Below are positions 40,591 to 55,900 of a DNA stretch of 64,000 nucleotides, in pieces. Location of the stretch: positions 137,764,001 to 137,828,000 of the forward strand of contig OX597817.1 of NCBI GenBank assembly GCA_951406725.2. The letters are read 5' to 3'. Below the pieces are notes generated by a model. That model ran no database searches and was not told the DNA's origin. It saw only the letters and a list, made by a program, of their open reading frames with translations. This stretch comes from Octopus vulgaris. Taxonomy: Eukaryota. Position numbers and translations under genes: made by a program. Each line of letters opens with the position of its first letter. Within the stretch, counting starts at the first letter, position 1.

Positions 40591-41423
40591 TAGTACTTAG
40601 CTGGTACAACTAGATATATAGAATATATATTGATCTTTCCCTTTGCACGTGGTTCCTGGACGCTGGTTAAAAGGAATATTGTTCTGTTAGTTTACACCCG
40701 GTTCGTCGTTTGGCGTGTTTCCATGTAAGGAAAGTGTTATAGAATGCGAAACAGCTCAGCCATTAGTTAATTAAGCGTTAATTAATCAATGTCTTTGAAG
40801 TTCTAGGTTTGCATTTCCTTAAGCTGTTATTATTTTCTATGTTACGTATTAATGGTTCAGTTAATTTTGCTCAATACATTTAGTTCACTAAAATCTATTT
40901 CATAACTTTGAGATATCAACACCTTTTGCTGAGAGTTTAACAGATACTACTTTTTAATTTCTAGTTTTATTACTATAAATTAATATGATTTTGATTATAT
41001 TCGACGGTGTTATCATAATAATAAGCAAGTATTGGGCGTTATGGGCAAAACACACTAATATTTCGCTCCTGCTACTTGCCTATTGATTCCCAGGCAGCGT
41101 TTATGTTTCTAACGCTGTTGACACCATCGAATTAGATGTTAGAGGCAAGGTGTTGAAACCATATGAATAACTGTTAGGCAGCTGACGAGAGGTTATTTTC
41201 TATGAATCTTTTATATCTAAGGGTTCCGTTATTACGAAATGTCCTTCATCCGCTAATGCTGGACATGTTTAAGGGCTCATGTATATATACGAAACTGAGT
41301 AATACCATCTGGTTGATAACTGATGAAAAATTAGGGACCTTCAGTGTCTGTCCGTCGTCTGTTTAATCAATCAATATACATTAATCGTTTCATACTTATC
41401 GGTGGCGTATTTACAAGACATTT

Positions 41424-41502
<79 letters not shown>

Positions 41503-41616
41503 CATGATCACCGTGACCGACCAGGCTTTCAGATGATGCTACACATCGCTGGTCACAATGGGCTTCACATTGTTTTAGCCTTCAAATGACGCCACCCCGC
41601 TGGCTAAGTGAGCAGG

Positions 41617-41668
<52 letters not shown>

Positions 41669-41687
41669 TAGATCGTATACGAGTGGG

Positions 41688-42377
<690 letters not shown>

Positions 42378-42430
42378 TAATATAATATAATATAATATAA
42401 TATTATATTATATTATATTATCTATTTTTC

Positions 42431-42812
42431 TCTTTTACTTGTTTCAGTCATTTGACTGCGGCCATGCTGGAGCACCGCCTTTAGTCGAGTGAATCGACCG
42501 CGGGACTTATTCTTTGTAAGCCCTGTACTTATTCTATCGGTCTCTTTTGCCGAACCGCTAAGTGACGGGGACGTAAACACACCAGCATCGGTTGTCAAGC
42601 AATGCTAAGGGGACAAACACAAACACACAAACACACACACGTACATATATACATATATACGACAGGCTTCTTTCAGTTTCCGTCAACCAAATCCACTCAC
42701 AAGGCATTGGTCGGCCCGGGGCTATAGCAGAAGGCGCTTGCCCAAGATGCCACGCAGTGGGACTGAACCCGAACCATGTGGTTGGTTAGCAAGCTACTTA
42801 CCACACAGCCAC
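42431..42812 (-). mobile_element. SINE family B
   Basis: Same architecture as the 11285 copy. Confidence 0.9.
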
Positions 42813-42837
42813 TTATATTTAATTATATATTATATAT

Positions 42838-43200
42838 TATCATCATCATCATTGTTCGACCGTGGTCGAGACAATGGAATTTACTATGTTACGCCAGACT
42901 TCACGGTCCATCATAGCATTACGGAGGTCCTGTTGCTGGATGCCTGTATCCCTGGAGATTACATCAGGGTAGAAGAGTGTGCGCCCTCTGGTATTGCGAG
43001 TAGATGGCTTCTAGAGGAGAAGAGTAGAAATTACTTCTTTTTCAGCTCTACAACAATGTCCAGCAAACTGGACTCTCCTACCTTTCACAAGAGATGACAC
43101 AGGTGGTAGTTTCCCATATATTTGCATTTTGGTTGGATGGCGCTTCCACGAGAGATTTTGAGCTCCCATAAGGAGGCGAGTGTAGGTTCCATCCAACCGC
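42838..43200 (-). mobile_element. RTE-clade LINE 3' fragment
   Basis: Peptide DGTYTRLL..QNLSW.RH.T..QIYG.LP.VS..V..RR.QFAGHC.R typical of the RTE C-terminus; (TGA)n tail. Confidence 0.8.
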
Positions 43201-43493
43201 CTTATATATATTTTATATATATATATAATTTGTCTTAAATATCTGAGCGAGAGAAATACAGTAACAGAACCGAATAGTAATGTTTATGTGACAACAGAAT
43301 GTGACAGTCCTATAAAGTACGATGTAACTGTTCTTTTAGCCCCAGGAAAACATCTTTTCCAGATGGTTATTTCTCTCGCTCAGAGATTTAAAACAATTTG
43401 TTTTTCTCTATACAAGATCAGCGCCTGTGTGTCGCTTAAAAAAGATATAGTATTTGTAAGTGGAGAGAGATTTCGTCACTAGCTTGTGGCTGT

Positions 43494-43537
43494 CTCACAC
43501 TGAGGACGGATAACATTCTGAAACTTAGGTCTGTGAG
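43494..43537 (+). ncRNA. type I hammerhead ribozyme motif
   Basis: ctcaca-CTGAGGA-cggataacattct-GAAA-cttagg-TC-tgtgag: perfect 6-bp stem I, GUC triplet. Confidence 0.75.
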
Positions 43538-43689
43538 TATCACGTAAGGCTAGAGATGGGAGCAATGACCTCCCTCGCAAATGCTATACGGACGCAAGCT
43601 GTCAGCTGAAAAAGGTGTTCTCCTGGGACTAAAACAACAGTAATATCGTCTTTTATAGGACTGCCACATTCTGTTGGCATATAAACATT

Positions 43690-43751
<62 letters not shown>

Positions 43752-43840
43752 TATATGTATACATATATATATATACATATATATATATACATACGCATAT
43801 ATACATATATATACACATGCACACATATATACACACACAG

Positions 43841-44089
<249 letters not shown>

Positions 44090-44151
44090 TTTTCAATAAT
44101 ATGTCTTCAATTAAATAGATAACAAAGAAGGAAGAAGTAGAGATGGAGGTA

Positions 44152-44204
44152 GTATTTACGATCGTTTCGATTTACTGGTTTAAGTAAATATCTCTTCAGA
44201 ATGC
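44152..44204 (-). ncRNA. type I hammerhead ribozyme motif
   Basis: Minus strand gcatt-CTGAAGA-gatatttact..agtaaatc-GAAA-cgatcg-TA-aatac; palindromic stem III. Confidence 0.8.
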
Positions 44205-44245
44205 GAATATAGATAAATGCATCGATTAGGATGCGATACCTACAC

Positions 44246-44295
<50 letters not shown>

Positions 44296-44984
44296 GTGTG
44301 TGTGTGTGTGTGTATTCTTCAGACATTTGTATTCAGCATTATTTTTCTCCGAACAAAAGTATTTTTTCCGAAATGTTACAATTTCCATCTCCCACAGCAA
44401 ATACAAACTGTCTAACGTGGACTTCATTTTTCAGAGAGTAAGGTGGAATATAGAGAAGATTTGGTTAGTATGTCTAGCAGACTGAGTAGCATTAAGTCAC
44501 TGCTCTCTCATTGGCTCCAACCAAGTTTAGAACCCGGTGGTTTGATATTTGTTATATCCGGGTCACACGTGTTGATTATGGAAAGATCAACAACAACAAC
44601 AATAGCAGGAGTTTAATTAAACATCATATCAAAACAACAACAGCATTACCATAGTAACAGTGACAACAATAATAATTTATATAACAATTACAACATCAAC
44701 ATCACCAACAGAAACCGTTATCACATTCAAAATAGCAACAAGGCAAAAAAGAATCAGACGTTAACAATGACAACTAAAGCAACAGTACAACAACAACAAC
44801 AATAACAGAAGTAAGAACAATTACAACAAAAGCAACTGCACAACAATAATCCCAAAATTAGCCAAAAGTCTGAGTCAGAGGTGAAAAAATATTGCTTTCA
44901 TTGTGTGTGTGTTTTATGTGTGTGAGAGAGAGAGAGAGTGTGTGTGTGTGTGTGTGTGTGTATACACACTCCCCGCACATACAT

Positions 44985-45020
<36 letters not shown>

Positions 45021-45158
45021 CATACATACACACACACACACATATATACACACACATATATATATACTTATATATATATATATATATCACTCTTACTACC
45101 ACAACTTTTTGTAGCCAGTATCACTAATGGGAACAAGAATGTTAAGAATAGTTCCTGA

Positions 45159-45202
<44 letters not shown>

Positions 45203-45489
45203 TCGCCATCACCATCACCGTCAACAACAACAGCAGCAGCTACATGTTTACATGTGGCGACACCAACAGCAGAATGCAGAAACGAGAGAACTTGTTTTAT
45301 TAAGCGTTAAGTCTCGACGTTTCAGTTCAAATCTCAGCGAGGTTAGTTTTGTATTATTTTCTTCCTTCCGGGATCGAAACCCAGAAGTACCTGTCGTGTT
45401 CTGGGCTCAGTTACACCCATTGTACACATCCTCATAATTTCTTCCCTTCTGCTGTTCAGTTCCAAATTGTTGATATTTAGCCAAAATAA

Positions 45490-45830
45490 ACACTCTCGGT
45501 TCGGGATAAACTCTACAAACATCGAAGTTCAGCCATTTAGAGATGTCCAAGGCGTATGCAGAGCACCAAAACCGTACTGCGCAAACTCGTGTAATGTCTG
45601 AGTATGGCTGATACGTGGAGTTATGTCGGACAGCTGTTGTCGCGAGTAGGACAAAGCTGGTTATTCTCCGACTTCATCGTGAAGGTCGTCCCACCACCCA
45701 TCTTTAACAAGGCGGAGTAGACGGTGTTCCGCTGTCCCGTAGCAATGGCGAAACGGATTGTGTAATGGACGATGCTGAAAGGCCTGACAAGCACGTTCCT
45801 CCTTAGTAAAGCCCTCATCGGCTCACATTC
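45490..45830 (+). mobile_element. decayed L1/Tx1-like ORF2 C-terminal remnant
   Basis: Translation LSVRDKLYKH..CPRR.QS..TVLRKLV*C..ADTWSYVGQLLSRVG resembles a mutated LP..DKL..CxxC..ET..H...C..W knuckle; in-frame stops. Confidence 0.55.
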
Positions 45831-46158
45831 TCTTCCTCTTTCTCTCTTTCCTTTGTTTTTCTCTTTCTTTCCTTCTTTCTCTCTCTCTCTCTCTCATTGT
45901 GTCTTTATCTCTTACTGTCTCCCAGCTTTATTAGTTTTTTTTTCTTTTATTCCTTTATATTTACAATTCCGATTGCCTCAAAAGCTAGCAATCGACAGTC
46001 GGAGGTATATCACAGAAGGATTTTTTGTTTTCATATAAACGGCAACAAAGGTAACCCCTCTAAAAACTGCAACCGTTTCTATTGAAAAAAGGACGAAGCT
46101 GAGAAAAGGAAGCTCTGGGTCGAGTACGCCTACCTCTGAAGTTCTGTTAACATTCAAT

Positions 46159-46413
46159 CAGTGTTTCTCAGCTGGAGTCCATATGAACCCTTGGGTACCC
46201 GTATGAGGTTTTCTGGTCAAAATTTAAGTGCAATAAAATATGTTATACTTTTACAATACAAAAAAATATTTCAACAATATTTTTGTGCAATTCTTGATAA
46301 TATTCAATGATGAAAATGTTATAGGATTTTATGTAAACATCGAACGATTAGGATCCAGTAAAGTAGAATATTACCTAAGGGATCTATAGGTAAAAAATGG
46401 TTGAGTACTACTG
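46159..46413. mobile_element. hAT-like MITE
   Basis: TIRs CAGTGTTTCTCAGC / GGTTGAGTACTACTG; interior similar to 33089-33317. Confidence 0.65.
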
Positions 46414-46516
46414 CGTCAAATGGTTTTCGAAGAGGTAGATCAATCACAGCGCATAACACCGCAGCCGTAGAATCATAGAACGTTTTTAGTGGAGGCCTAG
46501 ACGTCCAAATGACTTT

Positions 46517-46650
46517 GGCTAGAGTTTGGTTTGTGGATATTACAGTATCTTGACGCGGACTGTACCTACCCCATAAAACCCGGCTAGAGTTTGGTTTGAG
46601 GATATCACAGTATCTTGACGCGGACTGTACCTACACCCATAAAACCCGGC
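46517..46650. repeat. 65-bp tandem duplication
   Basis: GGCTAGAGTTTGGTTTG..CCCATAAAACCC twice, about 3 differences. Confidence 0.95.
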
Positions 46651-47179
46651 ATGTCAATTGTTCATTTCACAACTGATCAATTGTACAACATTTACGGGAA
46701 CTCATGCGGACAAGAACAACAATATGAGCATAGCCCTTCTCTGCAACTATGGCAATATCAACAACAATAGCCAAGAAGGAACTTAACCTGCTAGAAACAG
46801 CAGTCGATTCCAACTCAAATGGTACCCTATGATCCTTACAAAAGAACGCTTTCGAATATTTTACCCATGATGCATTATGTAAAAGACGAAATAAATAGAA
46901 TTGTCACAGCTGGAATGCCCTTGAATGCCAGGTTTGTTCGTTGAGTCTAAACAACAGCCATAACGAGACATAGACGAATGGTGACTTGCTGTCAGAAGGA
47001 ATAATGTTTCAGAACTGCGTATGACACGCTAACTACTGACTTATTTGACATTATGAAACACAAACTGCCGGTGGCTTCTGACATAGGGACAAGGTCATCA
47101 TTATACACACCCCCACACACATATATGCCTTCATATATCTCTCTGTATCTCGCGCCTTTTTTTTTCTCTCCTTATATAT

Positions 47180-47757
47180 AGTGTAGCCCAAAAGTAGGTT
47201 TACAGTTATTCAAATATCCCTTTCGCATTCATATATTGGATGGGATGGAAGCACTCCGTCGGTTACGACGACGAGGGTTCCGGTTGATCCGAATCAACGG
47301 AACAGCCTGCTCGTGAAATTAACGTGCAAGTGGCTGAGCACTCCACAGACACGTGCACCCTTAACGTAGTTCTCGGGGATATTCAGCGTGACACAGAGAG
47401 TGACAGGGCCGGCCCTTTGAAATACAGGTACAACAGAAACAGGAAGTAAGAGTGAGAGAAAGTTGTGGTGAAAGAGTACAGCAGGGATCACCACCATCCC
47501 CGTGGAGCTTTAGGTGTTTTCGCTCAATAAACACTCACAACGCCCGGTCTGGGAATCGAAACCGCGATCCTATGACCGCGAGTCCACTGCCCTAACCACT
47601 GGGCCATATATTAACAGTTTAATAATAAAAAAAATGAAACCATTATTCTGTGCTAAGTTAGTTAAATGTAAGATAGAAATTTAAATGTAATAAAATGTTT
47701 TAAAAGAAATTTAAAGTACCTACGTGGTAACTGTAAACCTACCTTTGGGCCACCATG
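47180..47757. mobile_element. Tc1/mariner-like MITE with nested SINE
   Basis: TIRs GTGTAGCCCAAAAGTAGGTTTACAGTT / AACTGTAAACCTACCTTTGGGCCAC, TA adjacent. Confidence 0.7.
47247..47607 (-). mobile_element. SINE family C, near full length
   Basis: Minus head TGGCCCAGTGGTTAGGGCAGTGGACTCGCGGTC..GGTTTCGATTCCC plus full tail. Confidence 0.9.
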
Positions 47758-47781
47758 ATATTATTTATGTTCATACATGTC

Positions 47782-47820
<39 letters not shown>

Positions 47821-48066
47821 GCATTCATATTCGTTTATAGAAAAGCGTACATAAACATAGGTGGATATTTATGTATTTACAAATCCACGTGCGTACGATG
47901 TGTTCATTCAGGTATCCTCAATTATTTTAGGTATGAAAAGCATATTTCTTCATACTGACATACATACACTTACACTCACACACACACACACACGCACACA
48001 CTCACAAGCACACACGCTGTCTCTCATCTCTCCCTTTTCTTATTTTTCTATCTATCTATCTATATA

Positions 48067-48144
<78 letters not shown>

Positions 48145-48227
48145 CACAAAGGTGCTTGCATTCATAGATATGCATGTATATACGATTCTTTGTATGTATA
48201 CATTTGTGTTTTGAATGTATGCATGTA

Positions 48228-48282
<55 letters not shown>

Positions 48283-48774
48283 ATCTACGTATGTATATAT
48301 GTATGTGTATGTATGTATGTGTGTATGTATGTATGTATGTATGTATGTATGTATGTATGTATGTATGTATGTATGTATGTATGTATGTATGTATGTATGT
48401 ATGTATGTGGCTTTCTAGGTATAGGGCCATGGTCCTATGAGACTAATGGATGCTACAATTATTGTTGTTGTTGTTTCTGTATATGAAGTGTAAATGTACG
48501 TGTAAAATGAAGTGTAAAAATACATATATATATGTATGCGATGTAGGTGCGTGTGTTGGCGATCTGCAATGCTATCATGTCGGCGGCTGCTGCCGTTTGC
48601 CTCTTGCCGTAATGAACACGACATTAGTCACTAGATGGGCAGGAAATTAACAGAACGCCGACCGAAGCGTCTCGGGGAACTTCCGGTGACCAAGACTACT
48701 TTCACTATCGCGGCAGATCGGCAGATCACGTGCTGCCCACCAGCTCAACAATATCAAGTAGCAGCAGCAGTAGC

Positions 48775-48842
<68 letters not shown>

Positions 48843-49254
48843 CAGTAGTAGTAGAAGTAGTAGTAGTAGAAGTAGTAGTTAGTAAGCACGATGTCTAAAT
48901 ATATAGACTGAGAGATGCGTGGGTGGGAGCGGAACCGGATCGCTTGAAGGATGGTGGAGTAAGGATCTGAAGAAGTGAGTTATATTTGGACAAAACGAAC
49001 AAAGGATTATACTAAAGGGTACAAAAATGTAGTTGTTACATGTTTTAGTGTACAGTACTCCCTCCCTCACTCACTACCTCTTCCCTCTCTCCCTTCCTGT
49101 CTCTCTCTCTCTCTCTCTCATTTCTCCACCCGCAACCCTTCCTCGCCCTCCCATCCTCAACCTGTTGGATTGTTTATAAATAGAGCAGCAACGATCTATT
49201 GTATTGGTTTACAGATTTGGGCGAAACATAGTGGGAAACCATTCAGAAATAAGC

Positions 49255-49371
49255 TACATACGTACATACGTACATACACACACACACACATACATACATA
49301 CATACATACATACATACATACATACATACATACATACATACACACACACACATACATACATACACACATAT

Positions 49372-49404
<33 letters not shown>

Positions 49405-49935
49405 TACACACATATATATATACATACCTATATACATACATACATACTTACATATATACATATATACATACATACATACATATATACATACATACATACA
49501 CACATACATACATAGACACATATATAAACAAACACATATATACATGCATGCATGCATTTATACACACATACATACGTACACACATACATTCATACACACA
49601 CATACATTCATACACACATACATACATACTCACACGTACATACATACAAATACATAGGCACATACATACATACATACATTCATATACACACACGTACATT
49701 CATATATACATATATACATATATACATATACACACATACACCTGCACACGCATACAAACACATACATAGGTACATATACATATATATATATTTATAAATA
49801 CATATAAATATACAAAGTCACATACACACACAGACATACACATACATAGGCACATATACATATGTATATATTTATAAATATATATAAATATACACACTCA
49901 CAAGCACACACACACACATATATGTACACACAGGC
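49255..49935. repeat. compound (CATA)n/(CA)n microsatellite
   Basis: Tandem repeats. Confidence 0.95.
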
Positions 49936-50918
49936 ATAAATATATGCATGTAAGTACAGCCATAGATACATATCGTTGAACTAAATTCATGCAGGCACAA
50001 ACACAGCCGAGGTTTCAGGTTCAATCCTAATCCGCGGCACATTGGGTGTCTTCTGGGCAGACCAAATCACTATGAGTGAATTTAGCATGCGGAAACTGTC
50101 CGGAATCATGTGTGTGTGCGCGCACTTGCGCGTGTGTCGGTGTGTGTACGTACGTATGTATGTATGTCTTTGTGTTTCTGTTTGTCCGGGTACCGCTCGG
50201 TAACCGGTGATGGTTTGTTCACGTTCTCGTAACTTGGCAATTCGACAAATGGGGGCGATAGAATATAAAAAAGTTGTGGATTTAGCGATCAATCATGGCG
50301 ACTGGTTAGAAAAAGCCAGGTGGACAGGAGAGCAAGGGAGAACACACACACACACACACACACACACATGTGTATAAATATATAAGCTCTATGAATGACT
50401 GATTCATTGTATCAACAAAACCAACCCCGTGATAAAATATCCGTGATGAGTTTTATTCACGCTTCGCAAATTTTCGTGGTCACATGACAATTCATAATTA
50501 CTTCATTAATATTTGATTATTGATAAGATGACCCTTTAATTACTGGCATCTATTCAATTCATGTACCCATCCCATAAAGCATAATTTCTGTGATTAATTA
50601 CAGAATCTGGTAATTAACACATCAATTAAATACCCATCTACAATAATGTAGTTTTCAAATATATTTTTCTGTTGTTTTTTTTTTGGGTTTTTGTTTTTCC
50701 TTCTCTTAATTTTCTACGGACGCAGTGACATGAATTTGAGAAAACAATTTATGATATATATTCCAAGCAATGTGGTACCATCTGCTTAAGGAAAGACAGT
50801 ACCAAGTGGGTCATTGATGGATTGGTAAAAGTCGTTGGGTATGGTGTAGGGGAGTAAAAAACCTAACCATGGGACGCATCATAATTCACTGAATGAAAGT
50901 CAGAGAGACCTCTTGACG

Positions 50919-51343
50919 CAGGGCGGGACTAAGATCCATTGAGGCCCTAAGCACTTAAAAGATTTTGGTGCCACCATATGTACGTAATTCAAAATATAAA
51001 GAATAATAAGCCACAAAATGACTTTCTTTTTTGTTTTCAAAATGAAACAAAACTAAGAATAAGATGGGAGAAGATGTTTCTTTTATCCTTTTATGCTTCC
51101 ACTTTATATTTCAAAAATTTTCTACTTTTACCTAATTCCAAAGTCTTCGATCAAATCCTCACAACGACACCATGACCACTTTGAAATTATATTTCCCATC
51201 ATACACACTATCTCGAATATTATTTTAACAAGTTTGAAGTGAATTCTTTTGTGCCGTAAATAATTTACTGTTTCTGTGGTGCCCCCACTCCATTTGATGT
51301 CCTAAGCACGTGCTTATTTTGATTAATGGTTAATCAAGCGCTG
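50919..51343. mobile_element. hAT-like MITE
   Basis: Ends CAGGGCGGGACTAA / TTAATCAAGCGCTG; subterminal CCTAAGCAC and GGTGCC motifs near both ends. Confidence 0.6.
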
Positions 51344-51557
51344 CCCTGGTGGTTGAAGTTAGTGTGATAGTTCAATACCCAGCAGAGTCAGAGGTATTGC
51401 CCGTCTTGGCAAGGGGACATGCTCCAGCGTTTTGCTCACAGCATACGATATATCAAGAGAGGAAGGGGAAGAAGAGGGAGAGAGGAAGATATGAGAGAGG
51501 GAGAGATAGGAGAGAGATCAGAGGGGAGGGAGAAAGTGGGAAGAGGAAGAGAGAGAG

Positions 51558-51869
51558 ACGAGGGTTCCAGTTGATCCAATCAATAGAGCAGCCTGTTCGT
51601 GAAATTAACGTGTAAGTGGCTGAGCACTCCACAGACAGGTGTACCTTTAACGTAGTTCTCGGAGAGATTCAGTGTGACACATAGCTTTGAAATACAGGTA
51701 CAACAGAAACAGGAAGAAAGAGAAAAAGAATGTTGAGGTGAAAGAGTACAGCCGGGTTTGCCACCACCCCCTGTCAGAGGCTTGTGGGATTTTAGGTGTT
51801 TTCGCTCAATAACACAACGCCCGGTCTGGGAATCGAAACTGCGATACCACGATCGCAAGTCCGCTGCCC
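51558..51869 (-). mobile_element. SINE family C
   Basis: Matches the 47247 copy. Confidence 0.85.
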
Positions 51870-52694
51870 TAGAGGGGAATAGGGGAGTGTTGATAGATTT
51901 AAAAGGAGGAAAACCAGCAACGACGATGGCCATTTCCATAGTACCTTTGATTATTAAGAGGAAGAGAGAGAAAGTTACCCAAGTAATGGACATCTAAGCC
52001 TAATGTTTATCTATATAATAAACTCCCGCCCAGGTACCCGGTAGATAGAGGGAGTGTTAAACCGAGTGACATACATCGCATGTGTCTATGTCCTCCATGG
52101 CCTCCATTAAAGTTCGCTACAGGATCGATAATTGTTTACATCTTTCTAGAGCTGATAAAATATTCTCAATAACAGTTGATTGAATTGGCCCCAGTATAGC
52201 TCAATCAACCAACAGATTACCGTTAATCCGGCGATTTTCAACCTGAACTAACAACAGAAGTTCCACAGCACAACATTAAATTCTTAAAAAAATCGAATAC
52301 GAAAATTATTTTGAAGCAATGCTCACATGGCATTTTCCTGCAAATGAATGCACAGGCACTGAGGCATTAAAACATTCATTTTAAAAGATATTTTGGTACT
52401 TTCAGCCATTCTTCCAAAAACCTGTGACACATCCGGTCCAACGGTGGCACAAGGTTTGAAAACGCTTGCTTTAGACAACTGGTGTTGTGTAGGTATAAAT
52501 AATTGATAACTTCTGACTCGAGATCGATATAAGAGATTAATATGACTTGATGTCAATTTGACTTTAGGTCGATATGGAGTCTTTACGAGGAGAGACAAAC
52601 CTTTATTTTGACCTTCGTACAATTTCTATACCGTCGACAACCCACAACTCAAACACACTACTCCCTCCCTGCCCCTCTCTCTCTCTCACTCACC

Positions 52695-52743
<49 letters not shown>

Positions 52744-53108
52744 TCTAACACGTCTACTCTCACTAAACTATAAAATAAATACTTTTTCTCCAAACCTCGC
52801 CATCACAGATTTTCCCTGAATTTCCGCAGCCGTTATTCTATCAGACTTCGACCTATAAATACGCAAATAGAGTAACAACCATTATTGATCTCACCATCCT
52901 TGGTAATCATGAAAATAATATGGAGTACGTACCTCCACCCCTGTTTTATAAATCAAACTAAAAATATCGACGAAAATAAAATGATGAGAAATTTTCCAAT
53001 GGGAAATCGAAAACACTGAGTTGTGGCCCCTGTTCTGTAACCGCTCTCTTGTGTCGAAAGAATTCTCATCAATGAACGGAAAGTCTCTTGATAGTATAAA
53101 TATGTATA

Positions 53109-53171
<63 letters not shown>

Positions 53172-53293
53172 ATCCAAGTAAGAATGCATGCATATATACA
53201 TGATCAGATACTTATACACATACGTACATATATTTATGCTTATTTATGTATAATAGTATATATATGTGTGCATATGTATGTCTGTATATGTAT

Positions 53294-53378
<85 letters not shown>

Positions 53379-53419
53379 CTGAGATATATATACATAAATA
53401 TAAATGTAAATACACAAAC

Positions 53420-53446
<27 letters not shown>

Positions 53447-53450
<4 letters not shown>

Positions 53451-53584
53451 AGGCGTGGCTGTGAGGAGGCGCAGGCGTGGCTACATGGTAAGTAGCTAAC
53501 TTACCAATCACATGGTTCCGGGTTCAGTCCCAATGCGTAGCACCTTGGGCAAGTGTCTTCTACTAAAGCCTCGGGCCGACCAAG
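53447..53584 (+). mobile_element. SINE family B 5' part with duplicated start
   Basis: GCGCAGGCGTGGCT occurs twice, then GGTTCCGGGTTCAGTCCC..CACCTTGGGCAAGTGTC. Confidence 0.85.
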
Positions 53585-54654
53585 CATAAATAATTGTTGT
53601 TATTGTTGTTTGGACCCAAATCAACGCTGGTCAGCCAGGTCAGCAATCAAAGACGGTCATGTGGTGAACAGCCTTCAGTTTTTTTTTGTTTTGTTTTTTT
53701 ATATTACTCAATGCTAGAAAATTACTTTTTTTAAATCTCACAACGTGAGATATTCAGCAACAGTACTCTGTAGTAAAGATTGTTTGCCAACATAACATGG
53801 CAGTCCTGGTTTAGGACTAATGTTGCTATAATTTATCCCCAGGAGACACCGTCTCCGGCTGGCCATACGACACGATCTGTGTCCTTATATTTTCGAACAA
53901 GGGAATCTAGCACCCCCACTTAGCTCAAAATAATATCTGTGTATCGCGATTTCTGGGTTATTTCTCAATGTGTTCTTCATGATTGAATATGCGGGATTAT
54001 ATTTGAAGGAACTTGGCTGCTACTTCTAGCAAATCACGTGAATTTGCATGAAGTGTTGAGGAATCTCTGTAGTTTTAAGGACAAACTGAAAATATTTAAC
54101 AACATAAATCTCAACTCTTGCTGAGAAACATAATGTAACTTTTACGTTAATAAATCGAATTAAAGTTGAAAGGGATCTTCCAATACGAGGTTTTAGAGTC
54201 AGTAGATAATTTCAGAATTTAATACGGAACACAGCATCCCATCTGTTTACGATCCTACTTTTGCTTGTTTAATATATAAGTCGTATAATATACTGAGAGG
54301 GAATAATGGGTATAAGATTATTAATTTTATATAACTTGTGCAGTTGCTGTGTCAGATTTGTTCAAACAATGCTGGAAATCGACTGTCCCAGAAGATCAAT
54401 AACTGAATAAGGGAATTTCAAGAGACGCTGTTTTATAAAAGCATTACTTGGAGTCTAAAAGGCAAGAGCTGATAGCGAAGCAGCTGGAGAACGACAAAAC
54501 TAGAAACACACCTACAGAGCTATCAACTGTGAAAGCCGCCACACAGTTATACAATATATTAAGTCATAGTGATGTCACAAATATATTTTTAGTAAGCTTT
54601 ATCGCAGGAACTATGACATCTCTTCGTGACTAGGAATTTTTAAATTTTATTTAT

Positions 54655-54954
54655 GCACCCTTTTCAAGCCTAGCCAGGCTCATATGCCCGGTTTCCCGGT
54701 CTCTGTGGCGTATGTGTTCCCCCAGCTGGACGGGATGCCAGTTCTTCGCAGCGTTACTCAAAGAACAGGAAGAGAGAGTGAGAGAAAGTTGGGGCGAAAG
54801 AGTACAACAGGGGTCGCCACCATCCCCTGCAGGAGCCTCGTGGAGCTTTTAGGTGTTTTCGTTCAATAAACACACACAAAGCCCGGTCTGGGAATCGAAA
54901 CCGCGATCCTCCGACCGCGAGTCCACTGCCCTAACCACTGGGCCATTGTGCCTC
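54655..54954 (-). mobile_element. SINE family C variant
   Basis: Same head as the 47247 copy; TGACTAGGAATT direct repeat at 54627-54638 and 54967-54978. Confidence 0.85.
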
Positions 54955-55633
54955 GACTAGGCGCAATGACTAGGAATTCAAGTACAATCCCCATTGGAAC
55001 ATGATTTGTGTAAGGTCGCTAAGATTATACACGCATGCGTACAAATGGTTTTGATGACATCACTAAATAAGGACATTGGTCAATTAGTTTACTCACACAC
55101 GTGACCATCAATGACCGCCATGTTGTTTCTTCTCTCCATTTCGTTATGAACCACAGCTGTGTCTTTTCCTAGCTAACCCCTCATAAACCATCCTATCTGT
55201 CTCTGTTACCATAAACCACCGAGACGGCTTCCATAGAAATAGCAGCAAAATTTCCTCGAATCGAAATCATTCGTCTGGAAGTACGTTGCCAAAATAATTC
55301 CAGATGTGTTGGCCATGCTGTCATGTCTGTTTCATAGATCAACCCGAGCAGGCTTAATCTGTGACTAAATTCCACCAACAACCTATACTCACAAATGAGT
55401 ATCTCATTAGATTTCTTCACATCCACACGATATCCCAGCAAACAGCGACCTACATAGGTTCGTGTCCAAAATCAACCACGCCAGCATCACCAGATGAGAA
55501 GGTCATTGAACGATTGGCAAGGTCAAGGCTGATGTCACATTGAAATTTCATGGGCAAAGCTTCCTTTCTCATCTTTTACCTTTCTAGAAACGCAAAATAT
55601 AAAGAGAGGTGAACTCAGAGTAGAGGCCCCTAT

Positions 55634-55868
55634 AGAAGAAGAAGAATGTGGAAAGGTGATGAAGTGGGAGGGGAGGAGGAGGAGGAGGAGGAAGAAGAAG
55701 AAGGGGAGGAGGAGGAAGAAGAAGGAGAAGAAGAATGTGGAAGTGGGAGGTGAGGTGGAGGAAGAGGAGGCAGAACAGAAGAAGACAAAGAAGGAAGAGG
55801 AGGAAGAGAAGAAGAGGAAGAAGCAGAAGAATGAGAAGAAGAAGAAGAAGAAGAAGAAGAATGAGAAG

Positions 55869-55900
<32 letters not shown>

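Noticed and set aside
46517-46650. CRISPR-like or functional direct repeat
   Set aside because: Simple two-copy tandem duplication without spacers, in eukaryotic DNA
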